From Thermoanaerobaculia bacterium (GTDB lineage Bacteria > Acidobacteriota > Thermoanaerobaculia > UBA5066): DNA of 64,000 nt. The stretch is taken from NCBI GenBank assembly GCA_963816185.1, contig CAWFJJ010000030.1:32001-96000 (forward strand). The letters run 5' to 3'. Shown piece by piece: positions 20,105 through 31,145 of the stretch. The position numbers and the translations under genes are program-made. The notes beneath the pieces are model-generated. The model searched no databases. It was given only the letters and a program-made list of their open reading frames with translations, and was not told the origin of the DNA. The first letter of the stretch is position 1. The number at the start of each line of letters is the position of its first letter.

Positions 20105-20716
20105 ATGGCTATCTTCCTCCACTGGATCAAACACGTCATCAAGACCTACGGCTACCTGGGGGTGTTCGGCTCCCAGATACTGGGCATGTTCGGCCTGCCG
20201 GTGCCGGACGAGACCATCCTGACCTTCACCGGCTTTCTCATCTTCAAAGGCATTATGCATCCCCTGCCGGCCTTCCTGGCCGCCTTCCTGGGCAGCATCG
20301 GCGGCATTACCCTGAACTACCTGGTGGGACGCTACATCGGCTTTCCTCTGCTGCACCGATACGGCGCTTATCTGCACCTTACCGACGAAAGGATCAACCA
20401 GTCCCATCGCTGGTTTGCCAGATACGGCAAATTTGCCTTATTTTTCGGCTATTTCTTCCCCGGACTGCGCCACCTGACGGCCTTTACCGCCGGCGCCTCC
20501 CGCCATGAGTTTCGGCAGTTCGCCCCCTACGCCTATAGCGGCGGCCTTTGCTGGGTGGCCATCTTCCTGATCCTGGGGTATTTCCTGGGGGAGGCGTGGC
20601 CTAAGATCGTCCCTCAGGTCCGGTCATATCTCTGGCTGGCGGTGGGAACGGTAGTCTTCCTGGTCTTGGGCTACTATTTAGGAGTACGCCTGCGAAATTC
20701 TGCCCGCCGCCAATGA
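20105..20716 (+). CDS. DedA family membrane protein
   Basis: GLPVPDET...F.PGLRH...AG motifs. Confidence 0.9.
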   Translation: MAIFLHWIKHVIKTYGYLGVFGSQILGMFGLPVPDETILTFTGFLIFKGIMHPLPAFLAAFLGSIGGITLNYLVGRYIGFPLLHRYGAYLHLTDERINQSHRWFARYGKFALFFGYFFPGLRHLTAFTAGASRHEFRQFAPYAYSGGLCWVAIFLILGYFLGEAWPKIVPQVRSYLWLAVGTVVFLVLGYYLGVRLRNSARRQ

Positions 20717-21027
20717 GCCGGGCGGTGCTGCGATTTCCATCCAAGATATAGGGGCGGCTCGCGAGCCGCCCCTACTGGCTTCGCCAGAATTACTGCTCAC
20801 CACCCCCAAAATCAGGGTAAAAAGTAGCCAGATCTTCCTGGTACGGTGTCCATTCATCTTGGCCTCCCTTTTGGTGCGGATGGTCATAAACTTTTTCATA
20901 AATTAAACACCCGCGGAGGCGAGTCAATCGCTCTCAATAAAGCCTATCCTTCTGGACAAGTGTTGACTAAGGTCGGGCCGGTAACTACCTTAACTGAAAA
21001 CTGAAAACGCTACTGTGGAGGCGAACG

Positions 21028-22155
21028 ATGTTTGGGCGACGTGTGCGACTGTTCAAGCTCCTGGGTTTTGAGGTGCGCATCGATCTGAGTTGGCTGGTCA
21101 TTGCCGTGCTGGTGACCTGGTCCCTGGCAAAAGGGCTCTTTCCCTCCTATTACCCGGACCTGGATACAGAGGTTTACTGGGGCATGGGAGTGGCCGGAGC
21201 CCTGGGTCTCTTTGCCTCCATCATCTTCCACGAATTTTGCCATTCCCTGGTGGCCCGCAAGTTCGGCATGCACATGAAGGGCATCACCCTGTTCATCTTC
21301 GGCGGGGTGGCGGAGATGGGGGACGAGCCTCCCACCGCCCGGGCCGAATTTCTCATGGCCCTGGCTGGGCCGGTCTCCAGCATTTTTCTCAGCGGCGTCT
21401 TTTATTGGCTTTACCAGTTGGGCCTCGGCGGCGACTGGAACCAGGCGATCAGCGGGGTGCTGGGCTATCTCTCCATGATTAACGCCTTGCTGGCCGCCTT
21501 CAATCTCCTGCCGGCCTTTCCCCTGGATGGCGGCCGCATCCTGCGGTCGGTTCTCTGGGGAGTCAAACAGGACCTGCCCTGGGCCACCCGGATCTCGGCC
21601 GGGATCGGCTCCGCCTTCGCCATCCTCCTGATTTTCCTTGGTGTTATCTCGGTGCTCCAGGGCAACGTCATCGCCGGCCTCTGGTGGTTTCTGATCGGCC
21701 TGTTCCTTAGGGGCGCGGCCCAGATGTCCTATCAGCAGCTCCTGGTGACCCGGGCCCTGGAGGGCGAGCACATCAGCCGCTTTATGACCCGCAATCCCGT
21801 GACCGTGCCGCCCACGATCACGGTGGCCGAACTGGTGGAAAATTATCTCCTGCACCACCATTTCAAGATGTTTCCGGTAGTGGATGATGGACGCATCATC
21901 GGCTGCGTTACCACCAGGGACGTCAAGGCAATTCCCAGAGAGAAATGGGCTGAAGAGAGCGTGGGCGAGATCGCCGAAGGCTGCCCTCCGGAGATCTTCA
22001 TCACCCCGGAGACCGACGCGGTCAAGGCCCTGGCCATTATGAATCAGACGGGCATGAGCCGCCTCTTGGTAACGGAAGGCGAGAAGTTGGTGGGGCTCCT
22101 GACCCTAAAAGACCTGTTGGCCTTCCTCTCCCTCAAGGTGGAATTGGAACGGTAG
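21028..22155 (+). CDS. Site-2 protease (M50) with CBS pair
   Basis: HEFCH, FNLLPAFPLDGG and C-terminal CBS domains. Confidence 0.93.
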   Translation: MFGRRVRLFKLLGFEVRIDLSWLVIAVLVTWSLAKGLFPSYYPDLDTEVYWGMGVAGALGLFASIIFHEFCHSLVARKFGMHMKGITLFIFGGVAEMGDEPPTARAEFLMALAGPVSSIFLSGVFYWLYQLGLGGDWNQAISGVLGYLSMINALLAAFNLLPAFPLDGGRILRSVLWGVKQDLPWATRISAGIGSAFAILLIFLGVISVLQGNVIAGLWWFLIGLFLRGAAQMSYQQLLVTRALEGEHISRFMTRNPVTVPPTITVAELVENYLLHHHFKMFPVVDDGRIIGCVTTRDVKAIPREKWAEESVGEIAEGCPPEIFITPETDAVKALAIMNQTGMSRLLVTEGEKLVGLLTLKDLLAFLSLKVELER

Positions 22156-22590
22156 AGTAACGTGGCACCGGCCTCCGGCCTGTGATGGCTCTAGGCTGGA
22201 AGCCTGCGCCACTAGCCCGCCGCCGCGCCCGGCGGCGTCACAATTTTCTTACCCTAAGCCAGGGAAAGCTGCCCGGAGTGAGCAACTCCACGGCCAGGCC
22301 CAGGGCGGCCTGGTCGGGGGCCGGTCTTTCGACCCGCACCACCAGGCCCCGGGAGCTTAAGCGCCCGGCCTGGCGCCGCTTATCACCGGGAGTTGCGGGG
22401 TTAATGCTGACCTTGCGGATCCGCCCATATCGGCTGTTTGCCCCTTTTTGATTAATCCGGGATGGATAAAAATGGGCAAAAAATTGGCCTCCCGGCCGGC
22501 TAAACATGACAACCGGCAAAAAATCATCTATAAATCATCCTTAGTGGAATCTTGGACCCCAATGAGTAAGGGCCACAGGGAGTTGCGCTG

Positions 22591-24042
22591 ATGTCGGCAA
22601 AGTTGAAATTTGACAAAGTGTTGGTCGCCAACCGGGGGGAGATCGCCGTGCGCATCATGCGCTCCGCCCAAGAGCTGGGGCTCAAGGTGGTGGCCATCTA
22701 CGAGGAGACCGACAAGAACGCCTATCACATCATGCGCGCCGATGAGGCGGTCTGCATCGGCTCCGGCCCCCGAAAAGATTACCTGAATATCCGCAAGATT
22801 ATCGCCGCGGCCAAAGAGACCGGCGCCCAGGCCATTCACCCGGGTTACGGCTTCCTGGCGGAGAATCCCGACTTCCCGAAGGCCTGCACCGAGGCGGGCC
22901 TGGTGTTCATCGGGCCGCCCCCGGAGGTGATCCGCGACCTGGGGAGCAAGGTCATTGCCCGGAAGCTCGCCCAGGAGACGGGCCTGCCGGTGATCCCGGC
23001 CACTGCCAACCTGCCCCACGGGGACCTGGGGGAACGGCAGGCCGTCGAGTTTGCCTCCCAATACGGCTATCCCATCATGATCAAGGCGGTCTCCGGCGGC
23101 GGCGGCCGCGGCATCCGCCAGGTGGAGGATGAAAAGGAACTGCTGGCCGGGCTGACCCGTTCCCGCTCCGAAGCCCTGATGTCCTTCGCCGATGACAGCA
23201 TCTACCTGGAAAAGCACGTCCGGCGGCCCCGGCACGTGGAGGTGCAGATCCTGGCTGATAATTACGGCAACGTGGTCCACCTGGGCACCCGCAACTGCTC
23301 CATCCAGCGCCGCCATCAGAAATTGATCGAGATCGCCCCCGCCGGCCTGGCGCCGGCCCTCACTGCCGAAATCTGTGCCGCCGCGGTGCGGGCCGTCCGG
23401 GCCGCCCATTATCTCAGCGCCGGCACCGTGGAGTTCCTGGTGGACCCGGACAACGCCTTCTATTTTCTGGAGGTGAACACCCGCCTGCAAGTGGAGCACA
23501 CGGTTACCGAAGTGCTCACCGGCATTGACATCGTCCGCGAACAGTTTCTGATCGCCATGGGAGAGCCCATCAGTTTCACCCAGGAGCAGGTGGCGGAGCG
23601 GGGCTATGCCATCGAACTCAGGATCAACGCCGAAGACCCCAAGAACGACTTTCTCTCCAGCCCCGGAATGATCCGGGTCTATGTATCCCCCGGCGGCCCC
23701 GGGGTCCGGCTGGATGGGGCCATCTATCAGGGTTATGAAATTACCCCCTTTTATGACTCCATGATGGTCAAGCTCACGGTGTACGGCTTCACCTGGCGGG
23801 AGGCGGTGGACCGCATGTCCCGAGCCCTCCAGAGCTTCCTCATCGTCGGAGTGACTACCACCATTCCTTATTTTCAGCAGATCGTCGAGGAACCCGACTT
23901 CATCGCCATGAAATTGGACACCAGCTATATCGACGAACACCCCGATCTACTGAACTATCAGGAGGTGGAACGGGAGGTGGACAAGATCGCCCGCCTCATC
24001 GCCGAGATCAACGCCCACGAGAAGAACCCTTACGTCCAGTGA
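22591..24042 (+). CDS. pycA: Biotin carboxylase (pyruvate carboxylase subunit A type)
   Basis: ANRGEIA, HPGYGFLAEN, GGGGRG, EVNTRLQVEH motifs. Confidence 0.9.
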   Translation: MSAKLKFDKVLVANRGEIAVRIMRSAQELGLKVVAIYEETDKNAYHIMRADEAVCIGSGPRKDYLNIRKIIAAAKETGAQAIHPGYGFLAENPDFPKACTEAGLVFIGPPPEVIRDLGSKVIARKLAQETGLPVIPATANLPHGDLGERQAVEFASQYGYPIMIKAVSGGGGRGIRQVEDEKELLAGLTRSRSEALMSFADDSIYLEKHVRRPRHVEVQILADNYGNVVHLGTRNCSIQRRHQKLIEIAPAGLAPALTAEICAAAVRAVRAAHYLSAGTVEFLVDPDNAFYFLEVNTRLQVEHTVTEVLTGIDIVREQFLIAMGEPISFTQEQVAERGYAIELRINAEDPKNDFLSSPGMIRVYVSPGGPGVRLDGAIYQGYEITPFYDSMMVKLTVYGFTWREAVDRMSRALQSFLIVGVTTTIPYFQQIVEEPDFIAMKLDTSYIDEHPDLLNYQEVEREVDKIARLIAEINAHEKNPYVQ

Positions 24043-24102
24043 GCAGTTGTCAGGGGTCAGGGGCCAGAAAAGCAGTGATCAGTAATCAGTTATCAGTGGC
24101 CA
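24043..24102. repeat. Heptamer tandem repeat, (CAGTNNT)-like, at the left edge of the AT-rich insert
   Basis: cagtgat cagtaat cagttat cagtggc; related arrays at about 54772-54807 and 57634-57662. Confidence 0.65.
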
Positions 24103-24368
24103 GAAAAATCTAACTGTTCACCAAAACGGGAAAATTGCAGTGAACATTGGGAAAGAATAAAATATGATAAGAAATTATTATTAATTCCAAAACTTATCAA
24201 GGTAATTGAATTAAAAGCTAAAACTCTTGCGGTTCCTAAATGAGAAGTTTTAGAATGAAAAATAAATAAGAAATCATTATTCCTTTCCCAGGTCATCCAT
24301 TTATAGAAGTTTGGGGAAAGCAATTTCTATATTCTGATTTATATGAATTAGTTGGCGAAAAAAGATTT

Positions 24369-25412
24369 ATGACAACTTTTACCTTTAAGAAGAAGTCAGA
24401 GGCATATATAAAATATAAAACTGAAATTACAGGAACAATATTTTATTCAAGAGAAGAAATTAATAGAATCACCCAATCCAATAATCAATTTGAAGCAGAT
24501 AAGATTAAAATTGAAGCATTTATGGATTTGGAACAGGATTTAAAGGAAAATCTAAAATATGGTGGTGTTTCTGTCGCTGATATTGAAGTAATATCATTTA
24601 CACCTTACAAAAATGAAATTGAATATTATGATTCTGGTGGAAAAAAAGTTCCTAATATAATTTATATTGATTATAAATCTACGCCAAATGACGATATATG
24701 ATTTAATGTATCATAATTTAGTTGTAAGTAAATTCAATCATGGCACAGAATTGATTGAGTATGAGAAGGAAAAGCTTATAGGAATTACATTAGGAAAATA
24801 TGGTAATATAAATCCCAAAGTTACTAAAAGCATTTGGATATGATAGAGATAAAGTTATTAACTGTAAAAATATCTGGTATCATTGTTATCTTAGTAAAGG
24901 AAAGAAGAAAGACTATAACAGAAGAGGAAAAAGCAAAATTAGATGATTTAAAATTTATTTTTATGGTGAATAATCTCAGGATATTTCTTGAGGAGATTAA
25001 TAAATGTAAAGTTTATAGTAATGAATTAAAAATAAAAGCAGACATATTTAAAAATCTTATGTTGGAATTAGAGAAATTTGAACCTCATATATTATTATAT
25101 GGCAAAAAACAGGTATATTGGGATATTCAATCTTATCTGCATATAGTTCTAAATCATGTAGAACAACTTCAACTCGGCAGATTTAAATCTAAATCATCAT
25201 TTCCATATAAGCATAATGATTTGTAAATGTTAATAGAGCAAGTTTTGATAAGAATTGAAGATGAAATAAAGAACTATTTTAAGAAATATCCAGATGGGGA
25301 ATTTAGAAGAGGTGGACCAATGAGTGTTTTTTATAACAATGATTATTATTCCCTCAATATTGATAAAAATGGTAGATTAGTAAGTTTTTATTCTTCACCC
25401 ATTCCCTGCTAG
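24369..25412 (+). pseudogene. AT-rich foreign gene of unknown function, apparently one broken ORF
   Basis: Consecutive + strand ORFs (24369-24701, a short bridging frame, 24834-25226, 25227-25412); the last two are in frame across a single TAA. Strongly AT-rich against GC-rich flanks. Confidence 0.5.
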
Positions 25413-25576
25413 TAGCCATTCTTTAAAAGGAGATATCTCTATTATTTTGTAATACTCTAAAAATTCATCGAAGGTAAATTGTTTAAACCATACCTGATTT
25501 GACCAATATCTGCAAAATCTTCAAAATATAAAAACTAAAAACTCGAAACTCGAAATCTAAAATCTCGGAAACGGTC

Positions 25577-27232
25577 ATGGAAACGCGCATCACTAGAGAG
25601 ATGCAGCCGGCCGCCATCCTCGACACCCTGCGGCAGGCGGACGGCTACTACCTGTGCAACAGTGAGCGGGACGTCTCCCAATCCGACTTCAAAAACCGGC
25701 TGATGCCCATGACCAGCGTGCGCGTGGCCCCGTACCGGGAGGCCGCCGGCTTCTTCTCCGTAGAGGTGAGCGGCGGCGCCTCGGTGCACGTGGACCTGAT
25801 GCGCCGGCTGGTCAACCCCTTCAAACGGCTGCGCATCATCCGCAAGGCCATGCCGCAGACCCTGCTGCAAACGGTCTGCCGGGGGGCCTCGCTCTTCGGC
25901 TACCGCCACTATCCCGAAAACGTCATCCGCCTGGTGGTCCGGGAATTTGCCCGATACGTGGACGTCTGGCGGGTCTATGATTTTCTCAACCACGTGCCTA
26001 ACATGATCCCGGTCTTCGAAGAAGTGCAGCGGTCCGGGCGGCTGCTGATGCCCAGCATCTGCTTCTCCACCGGCAAGGAGCACACCGACGCCTACTACGT
26101 GGCCAAGGTCCGGGAGATCCTGGCGGTCACCGGCCCCGACGTCATCATCTCCATCAAGAACTACGCCGGTTTGGGGACCCCCAAGCGTATCGGCCACTTG
26201 GTGGAGGCCCTAACCCAGGCCTTTCCCGACATCATCCTGCACTACCACGGCTGCAATACCGACGGCAACGACATCGGCCGCATGAGCGCCGCGGTCCTGG
26301 CCGGAGTGAAGATTTGCGACGTGGCGGATCATGGTTATGGCTCCATTTACGGCCAGGCCCCGGCCCTCACCCTGATTCAGGCCCTGGAGGACTACAACAA
26401 AGAGCCCGCCGGGGTCGATATTCCCGCCCTGATCAAATCTTCCGACCTGCTGCGCCGGGAGCGCAAGATTTATGAGCCCTTCGAGAGCCCCTTCCGGGGC
26501 CACGACCCCACCGTGACGCATTACAAGCTCACCGGCGGCGCCGTGGGCAGCGCCTTTGAGCAGGCGGACAAGGGCGGCTTTCTGGACCGCATGCCCCAGA
26601 TTCTGGAGGAGATGGGGCGGGTGCAGGTGGAACTGGGCAACTGGTGGTCCGTGACCCCGGGCTCCCAGATCATCTGGACCACCGCGGTGAACAACGTGCT
26701 TTACGGCCGCTACGAGCGGCCCTCTCTGGACCTGAAGAACCTCCTCTTGGGCCGCTACGGGCCGCTGCCCTTCTATGAGCCCGAGGACTGGATTTACGAA
26801 AAGGTCCTGGAATACCAGCGCTACGACGGCAAGAAATGGCCGCAGATCCTGGCCGGCGAACGGGGCCTGGTGAAGCCGGCGGAACCGGACCTCGAGCAGG
26901 AGCGCAGCCGTTTGCAGGCGGAATTGGGCCGGCCGGCCTCCGCTGAGGATCTGGCCCTGTACCTGCTGTTTCCTTTCGATGCCGCCTCGTATTTCAAGTT
27001 CGAGGCCCAATACGGCAAGACCTGGCTGCTGCCGCCGGAGGTCTGGTTCCGCCGGGGCGGCTTCAAGGACGGCGAACGTATCGGCTTCACCGACGAATAC
27101 GGGGTGCCCCATTACATCGAAGTGATCTCCACCCGCCGGGAGGGCGACAACGTCCTCACCACCCTGGTGGTGGACCACAGCTTCCAGACCATCAGCGTCC
27201 AGGTGGCTGGCGATAAAGCGGCAGTGGCCTAG
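25577..27232 (+). CDS. Pyruvate carboxylase-type carboxyltransferase subunit without a biotin carrier domain
   Basis: NSERDVSQSDFKNR, GGASVH, D.LNHV.NM, VTPGSQI motifs; no AMKM biotinylation motif. Confidence 0.8.
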   Translation: METRITREMQPAAILDTLRQADGYYLCNSERDVSQSDFKNRLMPMTSVRVAPYREAAGFFSVEVSGGASVHVDLMRRLVNPFKRLRIIRKAMPQTLLQTVCRGASLFGYRHYPENVIRLVVREFARYVDVWRVYDFLNHVPNMIPVFEEVQRSGRLLMPSICFSTGKEHTDAYYVAKVREILAVTGPDVIISIKNYAGLGTPKRIGHLVEALTQAFPDIILHYHGCNTDGNDIGRMSAAVLAGVKICDVADHGYGSIYGQAPALTLIQALEDYNKEPAGVDIPALIKSSDLLRRERKIYEPFESPFRGHDPTVTHYKLTGGAVGSAFEQADKGGFLDRMPQILEEMGRVQVELGNWWSVTPGSQIIWTTAVNNVLYGRYERPSLDLKNLLLGRYGPLPFYEPEDWIYEKVLEYQRYDGKKWPQILAGERGLVKPAEPDLEQERSRLQAELGRPASAEDLALYLLFPFDAASYFKFEAQYGKTWLLPPEVWFRRGGFKDGERIGFTDEYGVPHYIEVISTRREGDNVLTTLVVDHSFQTISVQVAGDKAAVA

Positions 27233-27441
27233 AACTTCCTCTTTGGCGGAAAAATTGGCGGTATAAGTGTATTGTAGGGGCGGTTCTCGAACCGCCCTCT
27301 TCATTATTGGTTAATCGGATCGGTCAAAACATTTAACAGTCCAGCCGGTTCTGGGTCTAAACCATCAAAGGCCGCCGACACCAACCTGGGCGGCCCGGGC
27401 AAACTCACCTTAAGTGGTTTTGCCGATTTTCTCAGGAGGAT

Positions 27442-27793
27442 ATGAACATGCAGAAGTGGTCCAAGACCTTGATGGCCGGGGTGATCGCCGGTAGTCTGCT
27501 TTTGGGCAGTTTGCCCGCCCTGGCGCAATCGACTTACGACCCGAAAATCGATGCCCGGGAGCAGCGCCAGCAGGAGCGCATCCAGCAGGGGGTCCAATCC
27601 GGCCAATTGACCTCGCGGGAAGCCAATCACCTGGAGGCGCAGCAAGGCCGAATCCAGGCCAGGGAAGACCGTATGAAGGCCAACGGCAATCTCACGCCCC
27701 GCGGAGCGGGCCAGATTGACCCGGCAGCAGAACCACGCCAGCCGCAACATCTACCACAAAAAGCACAACGAACGGACCGCCGCTTCTCAGTAA
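27442..27793 (+). CDS. Small secreted helical protein, frameshift near 27700
   Basis: RBS AGGAGG, signal peptide, QQERIQQGVQSGQLTSREA..; the corrected frame ends RNIYHKKHNERTAASQ; hairpin/T-run at about 27821-27846. Confidence 0.7.
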
Positions 27794-28112
27794 GGAGCGC
27801 CGCACCCCAATCGACTAACCAGGGGGCCTCGGCCCCCGCTTTTTTATGTAGAACCGCCGCCCTCGGCGGTTCTCTAAACTTGGTGGGGCGGCCGTCCCCG
27901 GCCGCCTCCTCTTCCGGTGGCCCCGCGCCCGCCTGGGCCGCGCCGGCTAAAGCCGGTAACTACCAAAAACTAATCATAAAATAGCTTGCAGTTAATTTTA
28001 TCGGCCTAATCTTTAGGCGCGGCGGATTGTTTTATGGTCTGCCGGTACTTATTTTGTTACCATGAGCCCTGCTGCTTCTTATCAGCCTATGCTCCCATCC
28101 GGGAGACCAGCC

Positions 28113-29537
28113 GTGAACGTCCTGATCATCGCCGCCAACCGTAACCGCCACCCGGCCCCGGTTATCCCCTACGGCGCCTGCATGGTGGCCGAAGCCACGG
28201 CTGCGGCCGGCCACCAGGTCGAGTTCCTGGACCTCATGTTCAGTCCGACCCTAAGGCCGCGTTGGCCAGCACCTTACAAAAAACACCCGAGGTCATCGGC
28301 CTGTCGGTCCGCAACCTGGACAACAACGATATGCAGGCCCCGGTGGAATTCGTCACCGCCCTGACCGAGATCACCCGCACCGTGCAGCAACTTTCGACCG
28401 CCCCCCTGATCCTGGGCGGCCCGGCGGTGGGAGTGATGCCGGAGTCGCTCCTCCGCCGCACCCAGGCCGCCTGTGCCGTCCTGGGGGATGGCGAGACCGT
28501 CTTTCCGGCCCTGTTGCGGGCCTTGAACCATGGCGGCGGCTTTGAGGGAGTGCCGCGGCTCGCCTGGCTGGACCATGGTCATTACCGCACGAGCCGCCAC
28601 CGTCCGTAGCGACCTCAGCCCCCAACTCTGCACCCCGGACTACCCCCGCTGGCTCGACCTTAAGGCCTACCGGGCCAACCTGACCTCGGTGCCGCTCCAG
28701 TCCAAGCGGGGCTGCCCTTTCCCTTGCATCTATTGCACTTACGGCCTCAGCGAAGGCCGGGAGTATCGTCTGCTCCCGCCGGAGGAGGTGGCTGCGGCGG
28801 TGCAGCGCCTGGCCGCCCTGGGCTGCCGGGATCTCGAATTCGTGGACAACGTCTTCAATGCGCCCTACGATCACGCCCTGGCGGTGTGTAACTATCTGGC
28901 CCGCAGCCGCCCGCCGGTGCGCCTGCAAACCCTGGAGCTGAACCCGGCCTTCGTCGACGACCGGCTGCTGCGCGCCATGGAGCAGGCCGGCTTCGTGGGC
29001 GTAGGGGTGACGGCCGAAAGCGCCGCCGACCCGGCCCTGGCCGGCCTGAAAAAGGGCTTTACCGCCGACCAGGTGGAACGGGCCGCCGCCGCCATCCGCC
29101 GCAGCCCGCTGCCCTGCTTCTGGATCTTCATGCTGGGCGGGCCGGGCGAGACCTCGGCCACGGTGATGGAAAGTCTCCGGTTCGCCCAAAGGACCCTGCG
29201 GCCGGGGGATGTGGCCTACTTCAACGTGGGTATCAGGATTTATCCCGGCACCGAGTTGGAGTTCATCGCCCGGCGGCAGGGGATCTTGAACTGTTCAGCC
29301 GAGGAGATGCTGGAACCGGCTTTCTATTTTTCTCCGGAACTGGATTATGCCTGGACCCTGGACCAGGTGCGCCGGGCCGCCGCCGACCAGCTGAATCTCT
29401 TGCATGCGGCCTCCCTGAGCCACCCCTGGCTGCCGGCGGTCAACCGCCTGTTCAGCCGGCTGCCGGTGAGCCGCCCCCTGTGGAGGCATACCCGGGCCAT
29501 CCGCCGGGTAGTCCGGGCCTTGGGCCGGGATATTTGA
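28113..29537 (+). CDS. B12-binding radical SAM protein (class B methyltransferase-like), frameshifted
   Basis: N-terminal cobalamin-binding region (PYGACMVA..IGLSVRNLDN..ILGG), KRGCPFPCIYC, GGPGET; spread over three frames. Confidence 0.8.
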
Positions 29538-29618
29538 CTGCCTCAGCCCCTGGTAGCCGCAGGCTTTAGCCTGCGCTGTAGCGGTACACCCCTCGTGGGG
29601 GCACAGCCCGTTGTTCAC

Positions 29619-29813
29619 TCGTTCCCAAGCTCCAGCTTGGGAACGCAATTTTAACCCAAGCTCCTGCTTGGGTTTCTGGATTTCGGTTCCCAGGTTATAC
29701 TTGGTCACCCAATTTGCCCCAAAGCTTTGCTGGTGGATCTTGCCAATGCAGCACACGTTTTTTCCGGTTCCCAAGTTGCCCTTGGGAACCCAATTTGACC
29801 TCAAGCTTCGCTT
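29619..29813. repeat. Cluster of GTTCCCAAG-N-CTTGGGAA palindromic repeats
   Basis: Three related units here; the same family occurs at about 14695-14723 and 61820-61872. Confidence 0.7.
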
Positions 29814-29973
29814 GGTAGTCTTAACACCTTTTTTAATCAGGGCCTCAAGGCAGTTCTCTTTACTCCCTCCCCCTTGAGGGGGGAGGGCCGGGGTGGGGGT
29901 GGCGAGCGCTTTTCTCCACCCTGGTTAAAAACTAAAAACTTGAAACTCGAAACTCGAAAACTCCTCCGAGGTC

Positions 29974-31053
29974 TTGATGCCCCACGGCAAGCCCCCCGCC
30001 GTCCGCCTGGCCGCGGTCGCCACCGCCACCCCGCCCTATGTGGCGGACCAGCGGGAGGCGGAGGCCTTTTTCCTGCGGCATTACGGCCCGCGGCTGAGCC
30101 CGCTCTCCCTCCGGCTGCTGCGGAAATTTCTGGCCCACCCCAGCATCCGGCAGCGCCGCTTCGCCCTGGGCACCCCGATTGCCTGGTGGCGGAAGACCCG
30201 GACCAACGCATCGAGCGCTTCACCCGCTGGGCCCTGGACCTCTCCGAACAGGCCGGCCGGGAGGCCCTGGAACGCGCCGGCCTGGCGCCGGCGGACATCT
30301 CGGCCCTGGTGGTCAACACCTGCACCGGCTACCTCTGCCCCGGCCTCTCCAGCTACCTCCTGGAGCGGCTCGACCTGCCCCGGCAGATCCGGGCCTACGA
30401 CCTGGTGGGCGGCGGCTGCGGCGGCGCGGTCCCCAATTTCCAGGCCGCCCAGGAATTTCTCCTGGCCCAGGGCGAGGGCGCCGCCCTCTGCGTCTCGGTG
30501 GAGATTTGCAGCGCCACCTTCCACCTGGAGGACGACCTCAGCCTGCTGCTCTCCAACGCCCTGTTCGGCGACGGCGCCGCGGCCGCGGTCCTCTGGACCC
30601 GGCCCCGGGGCCTGGAACTCGTGGCCTCCAGCAGCTTCCATGCGCCGGAGGACCGGGAGGCCATCCGCTACGTCCATAAACACGGCCAGCTTTACAACCA
30701 GTTGTCCCGCCACCTGCCGGCCATCGTCAATAAGGCGGTGGCCCGGGCCGTCCACCACGTCTTGGAACCCCGGGGCCTGACCGTGGCCGACGTGGCCCAC
30801 TGGGCCCTGCACGGCGGCGGCGACAAGGTCCTGACCGCCGTGGCCCGGGAACTCGCATATCCCCGCCGACAAACTCCTCCCCACCCGGGACATCTTGGCC
30901 CGCTACGGCAACATGTCCTCCCCCTCGGTCCTCTTCACCCTCCAGGAGATCATGCACAACGGCCTCCGCCCCGCCGACTGGGTCCTCCTGGCCTCCTTCG
31001 GCGCCGGCCTCTCGGCCCACGCCTTGCTGCTGGGTCGACCTGTAGGGCGGTGA
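29974..31053 (+). CDS. Type III polyketide synthase (chalcone synthase-like), frameshifted
   Basis: Cys-His-Asn triad motifs GGGCGG, WALHGGG, YGNMSS; also NALFGDGAAA and SFGAG. Confidence 0.87.
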
Positions 31054-31145
31054 ATTAGTTGAAGCGTTCATCCCAAGCCTTTATGCCTGGTGCTTCAGCA
31101 CTTGCCGGAAATAAAATCCATAGGGAAAGAATATGGCTCCTTAGG

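Noticed and set aside
20678-20899. ORF with an RBS and signal-peptide-like start (MNGHRTRKIWLLFTLILG)
   Set aside because: It runs into a REP hairpin after about 30 codons; probably a gene stump with no assignable family.
22238-22519. Possible PilZ-like fragment (SRGLVVRVE...GLAVEL)
   Set aside because: Only a short C-terminal resemblance, with no RxxxR / DxSxxG motifs; too weak to call.
29530-29960. Repeat cluster as a CRISPR array
   Set aside because: The units are degenerate palindromes with irregular spacing, and no cas genes are present.
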